A DNA stretch of 64,000 nucleotides from Candidatus Latescibacterota bacterium (GTDB lineage Bacteria; Krumholzibacteriota; Krumholzibacteriia; WVZY01): the NCBI GenBank assembly GCA_963791045.1, contig CAWBQK010000006.1, positions 288,001 through 352,000 on the forward strand. The letters run 5' to 3'. The notes under the pieces were generated by a model. It ran no database searches and was not told the DNA's origin. It was given only the letters and a program-made list of their open reading frames with translations. The position numbers and the translations under genes are program-made. The first letter of the stretch is position 1, and every line of letters begins with the position of its first letter. Positions 49,357-59,145 of this stretch are shown here, one piece after another.

Positions 49357-50167
49357 TCCATCGGTTTTCGATGGCGTCACAACGGGGATCGTTCTCGGAA
49401 GCGGACTTTTTGGCGTCGGCGAAACTTATCCCGCCCGCGTCGTAATTCCATTCGAGGACGTCGAAGGTCTTGACTCGCCCGGTGTTCCCGGTCACGCGGG
49501 GGAGTTCCGGTTGTGCGATGTGGCGGGCCGGCCATGCCTGTTTGTGTGTGGCCGAAAACACTACTATGAGGGCGGCGCCGACGCCATAGAATCGCTTCTC
49601 CGGTTCGTCCGCGATTGCGGTGTCAGGAGGCTGCTTCTCACATCCGCCGCGGGCAGCGTGATCAAATCGATCCGTCCTGGCGAGCTGGTTCTTGTCGATG
49701 ACATTCTCGATTTTCAGTTTCGCGTCCCCGTGCGCGCCGGAATCGGAAATGCCGTGTCTGCGGCGGCGAGACCCGGAACCCACCGGCCGCTGACGCCCGA
49801 CGCCAGACTCGGCGAGGAAGTCCGGAATGCGGCGTCCTCCGCGCGCGTCCGCCTGGCGCGTGGCAACGCGGTAACCTGCGCGGGGCCCATGTATGAGAGT
49901 CCGGTCGAGATACGGATGATTCAGCAGATGGGAGCGGCGTTGGTGACCATGTCCGGCGCGCCGGAGATTGCCCTGGCAAGTGAACTGGGGATTCGCGCGG
50001 TCATGATCGGGCTTGTGACCAATTGGGCGTCGGGGATATCGGGGGTTCGGCTTCACCATAAAGATGTGCTGGGGAAGGCGGAGGCGGCCGTGAGTGAACT
50101 CCGGCAACTTGTTGAAAAATTTGTCGCACAGGGGCCCCCGTCGGGGGTCCGGCCAGGGAGCGGGTAA
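49328..50167 (+). CDS. punA: Purine nucleoside phosphorylase (trimeric family, divergent)
   Basis: IVLGSGL, VPGHAG, GRKHYYEG, TSAAG, GPMYES..E, VTMS..PE, VTNWASG. Confidence 0.8.
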   Translation: MAPADPKKTDPSVFDGVTTGIVLGSGLFGVGETYPARVVIPFEDVEGLDSPGVPGHAGEFRLCDVAGRPCLFVCGRKHYYEGGADAIESLLRFVRDCGVRRLLLTSAAGSVIKSIRPGELVLVDDILDFQFRVPVRAGIGNAVSAAARPGTHRPLTPDARLGEEVRNAASSARVRLARGNAVTCAGPMYESPVEIRMIQQMGAALVTMSGAPEIALASELGIRAVMIGLVTNWASGISGVRLHHKDVLGKAEAAVSELRQLVEKFVAQGPPSGVRPGSG

Positions 50168-50252
50168 TTTGTAGTTGTGGGATAACCTCCCAGAGAGTAT
50201 AGTTTTCCCGAGTTGGGATGAACCCGTATTTTATTGCGAGGGGCTCTGCCAA

Positions 50253-51152
50253 ATGTCCTGGTTCAAACGCGCAAAAAAGAGTGTGAAGGTCGCGCAGAAG
50301 AAATCACTCCCGGATGGTCTGTGGCGTAAGTGTGATTTCTGTAGCGAGATTCTTTACACCAAGGAACTCGAGAAACGGCTGTGGGTGTGCTCGAAGTGCG
50401 GTTATCACTTCATGATAGACACCGATCAGTACATCGAGATCCTGTGTGATCCCGACTCGTTTGCCGAGACCCACATGGGACTGCTCTCCGGTGACCCCCT
50501 CAAATTCAAGGATATCAAGCGTTACGATCAGCGTCTCAAAGACGCGATCAAGAAAACGGGCCGCGAAGACGCGGTTATCACGGGCATGGCCCGGATCGAC
50601 GGTCGCACCGTGGCCATATCGATTATGGATTTCTCGTTCATGGGTGGAAGCATGGGGTCGGTGGTCGGCGAGAAAATCGCGCGGTCGATATTCGATGGTG
50701 TTGAACAGGGTTGCCCGGTCATTATTGTCTGTCGTTCCGGCGGCGCGAGAATGCAGGAGTCGATCCTCTCTCTCATGCAGATGGCAAAAACGTGCGCCGC
50801 TCTTTCGAGACTTGCAGAAGAACGGTTGCCCTTTATTTCGATCCTTACAAACCCGACCACGGGGGGCGTGACGGCGAGTTTTGCCAGCCTCGGCGATGTT
50901 ATCATCGCCGAACCCAAGGCTCTCGTCGGTTTTGCCGGCCCCCGGGTTATCGAGCAGACGATCAAACAGGAACTCCCGGAGGGTTTCCAGCGCAGCGAGT
51001 TCCTGCTGGACCATGGCATGGTCGACGTTGTCTGCTCCCGCGAGAATCTCCGGCAAACACTCGAAGTGCTTCTGCCATTCCTGGAGGTACGGATCGCGGA
51101 AACCACACACGAGGCGGAGAAAGATGAGGAGGACTCCTCCGCTGTATCTTGA
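50253..51152 (+). CDS. accD: Acetyl-CoA carboxylase carboxyltransferase beta subunit
   Basis: MSWF, GLW.KC..C...VC.KC zinc finger, FMGGSMGSVVGEKI, SGGARMQE, PTTGGVTASF, GFAGPRVI. Confidence 0.97.
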   Translation: MSWFKRAKKSVKVAQKKSLPDGLWRKCDFCSEILYTKELEKRLWVCSKCGYHFMIDTDQYIEILCDPDSFAETHMGLLSGDPLKFKDIKRYDQRLKDAIKKTGREDAVITGMARIDGRTVAISIMDFSFMGGSMGSVVGEKIARSIFDGVEQGCPVIIVCRSGGARMQESILSLMQMAKTCAALSRLAEERLPFISILTNPTTGGVTASFASLGDVIIAEPKALVGFAGPRVIEQTIKQELPEGFQRSEFLLDHGMVDVVCSRENLRQTLEVLLPFLEVRIAETTHEAEKDEEDSSAVS

Positions 51153-52473
51153 ACCACGCCGCCCATTACCCCCCCATCTTTCCTTCGTGCTGGGGTTATC
51201 CCCGTCGGCCATGACCCTGGGGCTTGGGAACATGCTTCGGTTGCTCGAAGCTCTCGGTAATCCCGAAAAGAATTTCAAATCAATCATCATAGCCGGAACA
51301 AACGGCAAGGGATCGGTGTCGGCATACCTCGCCTCTATTCTCAAGGCTAATGGCGAACTAGTCGGCTGGTACAGCTCACCGCATGTTTATTCGGTGAACG
51401 AACGAATATCCATCGACGGCGCGCCCGCGGATCTCGATGACATGGAACGGGCGGCCGCCGCGATTGCCCCTCTTCACGATGAAATCGGATACAGCTATTT
51501 CGAGGCGTTGACTGCGATTGCTTATCAGCTTTTTGCCGAGAAAAATGTCGATATCGCGGTTCTGGAGACCGGTCTGGGCGGGCGCTTCGATGCGACGAAT
51601 GTTGTCGAACCGGAAGTGTCGGTGTTGACGGGGATCGCGCTCGATCATCGGAGGATCCTCGGGGATACCGTGGAAGAAATATTGATGGAGAAACTCGGGA
51701 TCACGCGGCCGGGCATCCCTCTGGTGTGCGGCAAACTTACTCCCGGCCTTCGCGAGATCGTCGAATCACGGGCGGAGCGCGATGGAATCCCGCTTCCGGA
51801 CGCCGGAGCGGTAACCCTCGGCGAGATGTCGATCGACGGGATGAGCGCGCGAATAGTCACGCCGGTTCGGGACTATGGGCAAGTCGAATTACCTTTTATC
51901 GGAAGTCACCAGCTGGGCAACGGACTCATCGCCGTTCGCGCGGCGGAAATCGTGCTCGGCGGGGCCGTCGAGCTTGGGGCTGCGGCGTCGCTTGTGAGAA
52001 TGCCAGGGCGGTTCGAAGTCCACAAAATCGGCGAAAAGAGGCTCGTGTTTGATGTCGCGCACAACGATCAATCCTTGATTGCCACAACCACCACACTTGC
52101 GTCATTGTCACCACGTGAAGAGAACGGTATTATTCTCGGGATTATGCGGCGCAAAGAGCTGAGGGAATTCCTCCCCGAGCTCCCGAAGGCCGCGCGGTAT
52201 CTCTGGCTCATCGACCCTCTTGCCGACGAGGCGGTCGAAGTGCGGGAGGCGAGAAGCGCCGCCGAACTCCTCGGCAAGATCGGGGTGGAAAAGGTGGTAA
52301 ACCGCCGTATGGATATCGTGCTCGACAACAGTTTGCTGGATTCGGATTCGTGGGCTCGTTTTATCGATCGGTTGTTGTCCCCCGGGCACCCCGCGCGGGT
52401 GCTGCTCGTGACCGGCTCGCACAAGACGGTCGAGGTGTTTGGACGAGAGCTTCATCGACTGGGGTTGTATTGA
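51124..52473 (+). CDS. folC: Folylpolyglutamate / dihydrofolate synthase
   Basis: AGTNGKGS, SSPH, ETGLGGRFDATNV, DH..ILG, HQ..N, PGRFE, DVAHN. Confidence 0.9.
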   Translation: MRRTPPLYLEPRRPLPPHLSFVLGLSPSAMTLGLGNMLRLLEALGNPEKNFKSIIIAGTNGKGSVSAYLASILKANGELVGWYSSPHVYSVNERISIDGAPADLDDMERAAAAIAPLHDEIGYSYFEALTAIAYQLFAEKNVDIAVLETGLGGRFDATNVVEPEVSVLTGIALDHRRILGDTVEEILMEKLGITRPGIPLVCGKLTPGLREIVESRAERDGIPLPDAGAVTLGEMSIDGMSARIVTPVRDYGQVELPFIGSHQLGNGLIAVRAAEIVLGGAVELGAAASLVRMPGRFEVHKIGEKRLVFDVAHNDQSLIATTTTLASLSPREENGIILGIMRRKELREFLPELPKAARYLWLIDPLADEAVEVREARSAAELLGKIGVEKVVNRRMDIVLDNSLLDSDSWARFIDRLLSPGHPARVLLVTGSHKTVEVFGRELHRLGLY

Positions 52474-53441
52474 AAAAACGTGTATTTGTCGGAATCGACA
52501 TCGGCGGGACGAATATCAAAATCGCGGCTGCCGGAATCGACAAGCGGGTCTACGCGCGCGGTTCGATCCCGACTCTTGTGGCCGACGGCCCGGCCGCTGC
52601 CTTCGAACGAGTCGCCGACGCGCTTCCCGCCATCATCGGGAATAACACGGAGCTCCAGGCGGCCGGTGTTGGTTGCGCGGGCCTTGTGGATCACGAGCGC
52701 GGATGGCTCCACGTGTCGCCAAATCTTCCGACGTGGCGAAATACGCCGCTTGCGCGGATAGCAAGACGCCGGCTTGGTGTATATACCGTTGTGGACAATG
52801 ACGCGAACTTGGCCGCGTGGGCCGAGTACGTTCTTGGAACTCGTCGCGGCCGGGGGACGTTTGTGTGTTTGACACTGGGCACAGGGGTGGGGGGCGCCGT
52901 GATCATCGACGGCCGACCGCTGCGCGGTCAAAACAATTTCGCCGGCGAAATCGGCCACACCACCATCTGCGAAGACGGACCTCTGTGCAGTTGTGGGAAT
53001 CACGGTTGTCTCGAGGCTTACCTGGGCGCGTGGGCTCTGGCCCGCGACGCGCGTGAGAGGCTTCGATCGGGCAAGAGCCGTTATTTGAGCCGCTGGGTTG
53101 AGCGCGGAGACGCGGAATTGACCCCCAGGCTCATCGCCGAAGCGGCGGGAAAGGGAGATCGGATAGCAAAGGCCGTGTACGACGAAGCTGGCGCGCATCT
53201 TGGCACGGCGGTTGCGAATCTGATCCACATTTTCAATCCACACTCGATCGCAATTGCCGGCGCGGTTGCGAAGAGTTTGCATTTGATGAAACCCGCGATG
53301 ATTGCGGAAGTAAAAAAGAGAACGTTTGGCGAGGCGAGACGAAACGTGAAGGTCGGTAGGGCTGTTCTGGGGAAGAACGCGGCCGCCATCGGCGCGGCCC
53401 TCATGGCTTTGCGCCAGGGCGGACCCGACGCTTCATTTTGA
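52470..53441 (+). CDS. ROK family sugar kinase (glucokinase-like)
   Basis: GIDIGGTNIK, NDANLAA, TLGTGVGG, GEIGH, CSCGNHGCLEAY. Confidence 0.9.
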   Translation: MKKRVFVGIDIGGTNIKIAAAGIDKRVYARGSIPTLVADGPAAAFERVADALPAIIGNNTELQAAGVGCAGLVDHERGWLHVSPNLPTWRNTPLARIARRRLGVYTVVDNDANLAAWAEYVLGTRRGRGTFVCLTLGTGVGGAVIIDGRPLRGQNNFAGEIGHTTICEDGPLCSCGNHGCLEAYLGAWALARDARERLRSGKSRYLSRWVERGDAELTPRLIAEAAGKGDRIAKAVYDEAGAHLGTAVANLIHIFNPHSIAIAGAVAKSLHLMKPAMIAEVKKRTFGEARRNVKVGRAVLGKNAAAIGAALMALRQGGPDASF

Positions 53442-53453
53442 AAGGAACCCGCA

Positions 53454-56400
53454 TTGCGACATCGCCGCCCGGACAAGCTCTTTTCGCATCGCCCCCTCTT
53501 GTTCCTTGTTCTCGCTGTATTTGTTTATCTCCCCAGCGCCGTTCTTTCACAAAATGAATCCACGGACAGCAGTCCGCCGCCCCCAACCCGCCGCGACAGC
53601 GTATTTCGATACGATGCGGGAACGACTTCAATAAGAGAAATAAACGGGGAAACGGTTCTCGAGGGAAGGGAAGGCGTCAGAATCATCCACGGGGATGTAA
53701 CCATCACCGCGGACCGCGGGCTGCATTACAGGGGGCGCCAGCTCACCTATTTTATTGGCAACGTCAATATCGATCAGGACGAAATGCACATGCAGGGGGA
53801 TGAGGGTGAGTACCGGCGAGCCGATGACATCGCCATCCTCAGGAACCATGTGCAAATTCGCGACCGGGGGCTCGAGATTGATTGTGACGAGGCGACCTTC
53901 CACAGGACGACCGAACGCGCCTGGCTCAAAGGGAATGTAGTGGTCGTAGATTCGGCCACGACGCTTACCGCCGACAGCCTCTACTACGACAAGGCAAATC
54001 TCGTTTCCGAGGCGTTCGGCAACGTGGAGATCATCGATCGCAAAGAGGGAATCCGGCTGACGGGACGGCATGGTTTTTATTACCGGGAAACCGGCGTGGG
54101 AATCATGGACCAGCTCCCCCGGCTCACAGTGGATCCCGACAGCAAGGAACCCACGACGGTCGACAGCGATACGATGTTGTTTTACCCCGACAAGAGAATG
54201 GCCGTTGCCCACGGCCGAGTGAAGATCCTCAAAGGCGGGACGGTCACGCAGTGCGATTCCGCCGTCGTTCTCGATGACCTGCAGCGGGCGGAACTCTACG
54301 GGAACCCCCTCGCCAAACAGGGCAACGTGTCGATGCAGGGCGACAAGCTGGTTATGGGTTATGACGAAGATCAGGTCAACCAGATCGATATCATCGGCAA
54401 GGCGACAATAAAGGAGACGCCCAAGGACTCGCTGGTGATAGACAGGGACAGCTGGGTGCGCGGCGATTCCATGGTGCTATATATGCGTGAAAACAGACTC
54501 GATTCGATGAGCGTGTCCGGGTCTGCGGAAAGCGAGTACTACCCGGCGAGCGTCGACCGTGTCGAGGCGAACTACGCTCGCGGTGACAGTATGTTCTTCA
54601 CCTTCAAAAACGACTCGCTGGACCACGTGTGGATAATCGGTAAGGCCGACGGCGCCTATCGATATGTGAGACTCGCGCCGAACGAGACGGCCGATTCGCT
54701 CCGCGCCGCGCGGGACACGTCGTACACGTATATCCCATTTGTCGAGAATGCGGAGCGGGTTGTATATGCGGCGGATACCATTCAGTATTTTTCGAAGCAG
54801 CATGATCTGGTTTTGAACAGCAAGGCAAAGGTCGACTATCGTGGCAAGACGCTTCTCGGCGACAATATTACCTACTCGGCCGATCTCGAACTTCTCGACG
54901 CGACGGGGTCCCCGGTCCTGATAGAAGGTGTCGATAAGCTATACGGAGACCGGATGGACTATGACATGGATCTGGGGACGGGACTCGTCCAGGAAGGGGC
55001 GACCCAGTTCATGGACGGATTTTATGACGGCCGTCGAATCGCCAAAGTGGGGGACAATATTCTCAAAGTGTGGGATTCGAAATATACCACGTGCGATCTC
55101 AAGATTCCGCACTATCATTTTACAAGCAACAGGATGAAGGTGTATCTCGACGACAAGGTCGTTTCGGGTCCGATCGTTCTCTACATAGGCGAAACTCCGA
55201 TCATAGCTCTTCCGTTTTTTGCGCAGAACATCCGCCGCGGTCGGCGTTCGGGGATCTTGAGACCGACTTTTGAGTTCGGGGTGAACTCCAACAAGGACAG
55301 GTTTATTCGAAATATCGGTTATTACTGGGCCACTAACGACTATACCGATTTCACTTTCATCTCCGACTTCAATGAGAATCGCTCGGTGAGGTTCCGGATC
55401 GATAACCGCTACAAACTCAGATATGCCTTCAACGGCGGGTTTAATTTCTCGTGGTTCCGGGATCTCCAGGAGTATCGCAACGAGTGGACATTCCAGGGGC
55501 GGCACGATCAAACCCTCGGCGAGAAGGCGTCTTTTAACGCGAACTTGAGATTTGTCAGCAGCGACCGGGCGCCAAAGGATGTCAGCCGAATCGACGAGGT
55601 CGCCGATGTGATCGACCGCCGCATCGAATCAACGGCGAGTCTTCGCAAGACCTGGAGCGCATTTGGTTTCAGCGCGTCGGGCAGGCGAACCCAGCTTCTC
55701 GACGTTCCCGACACAACGACCGTTCGCGTGAGCACGACACTTCCGAGCATCGCGCTGTCCGTCCCCGCTATCACGCTCTACTGGGGAGAAAAGAGAAAAG
55801 CGGGATTCGAGACGATTTGGCAGAAGGTTTTCGACAAGGTCAGGATATCGCCGGGCATTTCGGGCAACCGCAAAGTTGACGAAAAAGCGTACGAATGGAG
55901 AGAGGTTATCACCGCGAACGCCTCGCTCGGCGCGACCGCGCCCTTCAAGCTGGGTTTCCTGAACCTGACACCCCGGATATCGGCGAGCGACGCGTACAAC
56001 CGCACAACGATCGATCGCTGGTCGCATGAAGTTGATGTCGATGATTCGACGGTGGTTATCGTCAAGGGTGATGGTCCCGTCACCGAGTCGGACAACGTGT
56101 TCAGCTGGAATGCGGGAGCCGGGGCCACCACCAATTTCTTCGGGACCTTCTATCCTCGTGTGGGGGCCCTGCGCGGTCTTCGCCATACGATGACGCCGTC
56201 GGTGAGCTATACCTACACTCCGCCGCGCGCAAGCCGGTCGGCGAATCAGAGGTTCAATGTGAGCCTCAAGAATGTCATCGATCTGAAAATACTAAGCAGC
56301 AAGCAGGTTGATGAAGGCGACTACGACCCCGAGGGAGGGAGTTCTTCGCTTGCCGAGAGGGCCGATCACAAGGAGCTGAGGAGGGGTGATGTGGAGACGG

Positions 56401-57131
56401 AAAGCGACGAGAATGCTCCTAAGTCCGCCGAGGAAGAACAGGAGGAAGCGGAGGAGCTCAAAAAGCTCTCAGGCGTCTTCATTTGGACGCTGAGTTCTTC
56501 CTACGACCCGGCGAAGGTATTCAACCAGGGATGGTCGAATATCAGCAGTTTGATGAATCTCAAAGTGCTGGGAACGAGTCTCTCGATAACCCAGTCGATA
56601 GATCCCTTCGATTTCAATATTCTGTCGACACGGTTGTCGACATCGTTCCAGTTCCGCGGGCACCACCCGTTCGGGTCGGCGGTGGCGACAAAGCGTGAAC
56701 TCAACATCGTCGCCGCGGACACGACGGAGGCCGTGGGGCTCGATGTGGGCGGCGAGCCCGAAGCGGAGGAAGAAGAGGACAAGGGGCTTCCGTGGAACGT
56801 CGGGCTCGGATTTAGCTATTCGAAAGCGGATGGGTTCGACGAACCGAGTTCGACGCTTAATCTCAACGGCGGAATCTCGCTGACACACGGGTGGCGGCTT
56901 TCGTACAGGACGAATTATGACGTCGTCGACCGCGACTTCCTTGGAGAGTATTTCAGTGTTGCGCGAAATTTGCATTGCTGGCAGATTTCGTTTTCCCGAC
57001 AGAAACTCGGTGACGAATGGGAATTTTATTTCAAGATCAGCATCACGTCGCTTCCCGAACTCTATGCCGAACAGGGCAGCCGCGGTTTGGGCAGCGGTAA
57101 TAGCACTTTTGGTTCTCCTTTGGATTATTGA
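53454..57131 (+). CDS. lptD: LPS-assembly protein LptD with a long N-terminal OstA/LptA beta-jellyroll region
   Basis: Signal peptide, repeated GNV.I/ADS..Y OstA strands, YTTCDL..PHYHF, SGIL.P, GYYWA, C-terminal RNLHCWQ. Confidence 0.85.
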   Translation: MRHRRPDKLFSHRPLLFLVLAVFVYLPSAVLSQNESTDSSPPPPTRRDSVFRYDAGTTSIREINGETVLEGREGVRIIHGDVTITADRGLHYRGRQLTYFIGNVNIDQDEMHMQGDEGEYRRADDIAILRNHVQIRDRGLEIDCDEATFHRTTERAWLKGNVVVVDSATTLTADSLYYDKANLVSEAFGNVEIIDRKEGIRLTGRHGFYYRETGVGIMDQLPRLTVDPDSKEPTTVDSDTMLFYPDKRMAVAHGRVKILKGGTVTQCDSAVVLDDLQRAELYGNPLAKQGNVSMQGDKLVMGYDEDQVNQIDIIGKATIKETPKDSLVIDRDSWVRGDSMVLYMRENRLDSMSVSGSAESEYYPASVDRVEANYARGDSMFFTFKNDSLDHVWIIGKADGAYRYVRLAPNETADSLRAARDTSYTYIPFVENAERVVYAADTIQYFSKQHDLVLNSKAKVDYRGKTLLGDNITYSADLELLDATGSPVLIEGVDKLYGDRMDYDMDLGTGLVQEGATQFMDGFYDGRRIAKVGDNILKVWDSKYTTCDLKIPHYHFTSNRMKVYLDDKVVSGPIVLYIGETPIIALPFFAQNIRRGRRSGILRPTFEFGVNSNKDRFIRNIGYYWATNDYTDFTFISDFNENRSVRFRIDNRYKLRYAFNGGFNFSWFRDLQEYRNEWTFQGRHDQTLGEKASFNANLRFVSSDRAPKDVSRIDEVADVIDRRIESTASLRKTWSAFGFSASGRRTQLLDVPDTTTVRVSTTLPSIALSVPAITLYWGEKRKAGFETIWQKVFDKVRISPGISGNRKVDEKAYEWREVITANASLGATAPFKLGFLNLTPRISASDAYNRTTIDRWSHEVDVDDSTVVIVKGDGPVTESDNVFSWNAGAGATTNFFGTFYPRVGALRGLRHTMTPSVSYTYTPPRASRSANQRFNVSLKNVIDLKILSSKQVDEGDYDPEGGSSSLAERADHKELRRGDVETESDENAPKSAEEEQEEAEELKKLSGVFIWTLSSSYDPAKVFNQGWSNISSLMNLKVLGTSLSITQSIDPFDFNILSTRLSTSFQFRGHHPFGSAVATKRELNIVAADTTEAVGLDVGGEPEAEEEEDKGLPWNVGLGFSYSKADGFDEPSSTLNLNGGISLTHGWRLSYRTNYDVVDRDFLGEYFSVARNLHCWQISFSRQKLGDEWEFYFKISITSLPELYAEQGSRGLGSGNSTFGSPLDY

Positions 57132-57219
57132 TTTCCTCGACAACGCGCGTTCGCAGGCCCTCTGGGGTGAGTTCGATTTGGGTGGATGAGAATTCGTGCA
57201 TTCTAATGCGAAATATCTG

Positions 57220-57249
57220 TTGACAGGATTTTCGGGATACGGCTAAAGT
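57220..57249 (+). promoter_or_regulatory. Putative sigma70 promoter of the HU gene
   Basis: TTGACA-18 nt-TAAAGT, followed by an AAGGAGGT RBS. Confidence 0.55.
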
Positions 57250-57278
57250 GCCGATAATGAGAGGAAGGAGGTGTAAGC

Positions 57279-57572
57279 GTGAACAAAACTCAGCTAGTAG
57301 AGAAGGTCGCCAACAGAACTGGTATGACACTTAAGGACTCAAAAATCGTAGTCGATGCGATTTTCAGCACGGTCCCGAAGGAGGGTATTATAGCCTCTGA
57401 GTTGAATGCGGGTCGTAAGGTCCAGATTACGGGTTTTGGCACTTTCCAGATTCGGAAAAGGAAAAAGAGAGAAGGCAGAAATCCCCAGACGGGTGAGCCG
57501 ATCATGATTCCTGCATCTCGTTTTCCGTCTTTTTCGGCTGGTAGGGCTCTGAAAGATCGAATCCGCAAGTAA
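57279..57572 (+). CDS. hup: DNA-binding protein HU
   Basis: MNKTQLV, V.ITGFGTF, R.GRNPQTGE...IPA...P.F.AG..LK. Confidence 0.96.
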   Translation: MNKTQLVEKVANRTGMTLKDSKIVVDAIFSTVPKEGIIASELNAGRKVQITGFGTFQIRKRKKREGRNPQTGEPIMIPASRFPSFSAGRALKDRIRK

Positions 57573-57599
57573 GGATTTACTGCTTGCCGGATAGTTTAC

Positions 57600-57627
57600 A
57601 AGCGGGGCTTCGAGCCCCGCTTTTTTT
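57600..57627 (+). terminator. Intrinsic terminator after HU
   Basis: AAGCGGGGC-TTCGA-GCCCCGC followed by T7. Confidence 0.9.
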
Positions 57628-57741
57628 GTGTCCGTTTGGATCGGAGTCCCACCTTGCAGCGGTCTTGCCTCTGTACGGGCCGTGTGGTATTTTTACTGGA
57701 GACTCAATCAGACGAACGCCGCTGAATTCGAGGAGAGCGAT

Positions 57742-59145
57742 TTGAAAATCATCACGATCATCGTTCTGTGTGCAGCCGTGCTGGCCGGTATGTCCCCACC
57801 GTCCTCGTCCGAGGATGTGGGTATGAACACGATCCAGCTGGTCTACCACAGCGATACGCGCGGGTACTATCTGCCCTGTGGCTGAAACACCAGCGCGGCG
57901 GGCGGTCTGGCCCGCAGAGCAAGTCTCTTGGCCGAATACCGGTCGGGGGGGCTCCCGCTTCTCCTTGTGTCGGGCGGCGATGTTTATGGTGGAAACGACG
58001 CCTACAACAGGCCTAAGTGCAGTTTTCTGGCGCGCATGATGGCACGGTTGGGTTACGACGCGGTGGCGCTTGGAGAGAAAGATCTCAATTTCGGCCTGGA
58101 TGCCATCGTCGAAGACGATGAGACGTTCGGGCTCAACGTTATCTGCGCCAATCTTTTCCCAAAGAAGACGTCCGGGGATGGTGCCGCTGAAATGGCTGGG
58201 TCCGGCGTATCCCCCGTTTTTCCGGCGTATAAGATTGTCGAGCGTGGTGGGGTTCAATTTGGTGTGGTGGCCGTGCTTTCGCCGGCGGCAAAGAACGAAC
58301 GGATCGCGGCTGAAAAAGGCGAAGTCGAAACACTCAACTATATAATCAAAAACCCGATTCCCGTGTTGGCCGAAATCATTCCCGAAGTCGAGTCCCAGTC
58401 CGATGTCGTCGTGCTCGTCGCTCACATGAGAAAATCCGAACTCGATCAAATCTTTGAATCGGTGTCCGGGATCGACATGGTCATCCTCGGTCACAGCGCG
58501 AAGGCGCAGGTGACGCCCGAGCCGACTATCATCCGTGAGATTCCCGTTTATATGGCGAGCCACCAGGGCCAGTATATAGGTCGCGCGTTGTTGTCGTTCG
58601 ATTCAGCCAACCGGCTTGTTGAGACGGTCAACGAAGTCAAGCTTCTCGACAGCAGCGTTCCCGATGATCCCGAAATGAAAATTCTCCTGACCGAATTCGA
58701 AAAAGAAAACAGGAAAATCCAAAAGGAACTATTCGTTCGCGAGCAGCTACAGGCCAAAACAGGGAAGGCGGCGGTCCAGGATGTTTACCTCGGCATCGCC
58801 AACTGTCAGGAGTGTCACGCCGATGCCTTCGATTCTTACCTTGGTACGATGCACGCCAGGGCCTACTCGACGCTCTCCGAAGCGTTCATGCACAGAGACT
58901 CCGGGTGTGTGCCGTGTCATTCGACGGGCTATGGATTGAGGGGTGGGTTCGACGGCGTCCGCGTGCCGGGAAGCATGGTTGATCTGGTCGATGTTCAGTG
59001 TGAGGCCTGCCATGGGCCCGGCGCCGCACACTCGCGTGACGGTCGCTATCGAACCACTGCGCGGGAAAGTTGTATAAGATGTCACACGGAAGAACAAGAT
59101 CCTGACTTTGATTTCGAAAAGGCATGGGAAAAAATTGCTCACTAA
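57742..59145 (+). CDS. Probable selenoprotein: secreted UshA-like metallophosphoesterase-fold domain (C-G-U) fused to a tetraheme cytochrome c (c554-like) domain
   Basis: GAGGAG RBS and TTG start; ORFs 57628..57885 and 57928..59145 share a frame and are separated only by TGA 57883-57885 in HSDTRGYYLPCG*NTSAAGGLARRA; four CxxCH motifs (CQECH, CVPCH, CEACH, CIRCH). Confidence 0.85.
57883..57915 (+). promoter_or_regulatory. UGA codon with a bacterial SECIS-like hairpin
   Basis: GCGGGC-GGUCUG-GCCCGC stem-loop beginning 12 nt after the UGA; GGU CUG falls at codons +7 and +8. Confidence 0.75.
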
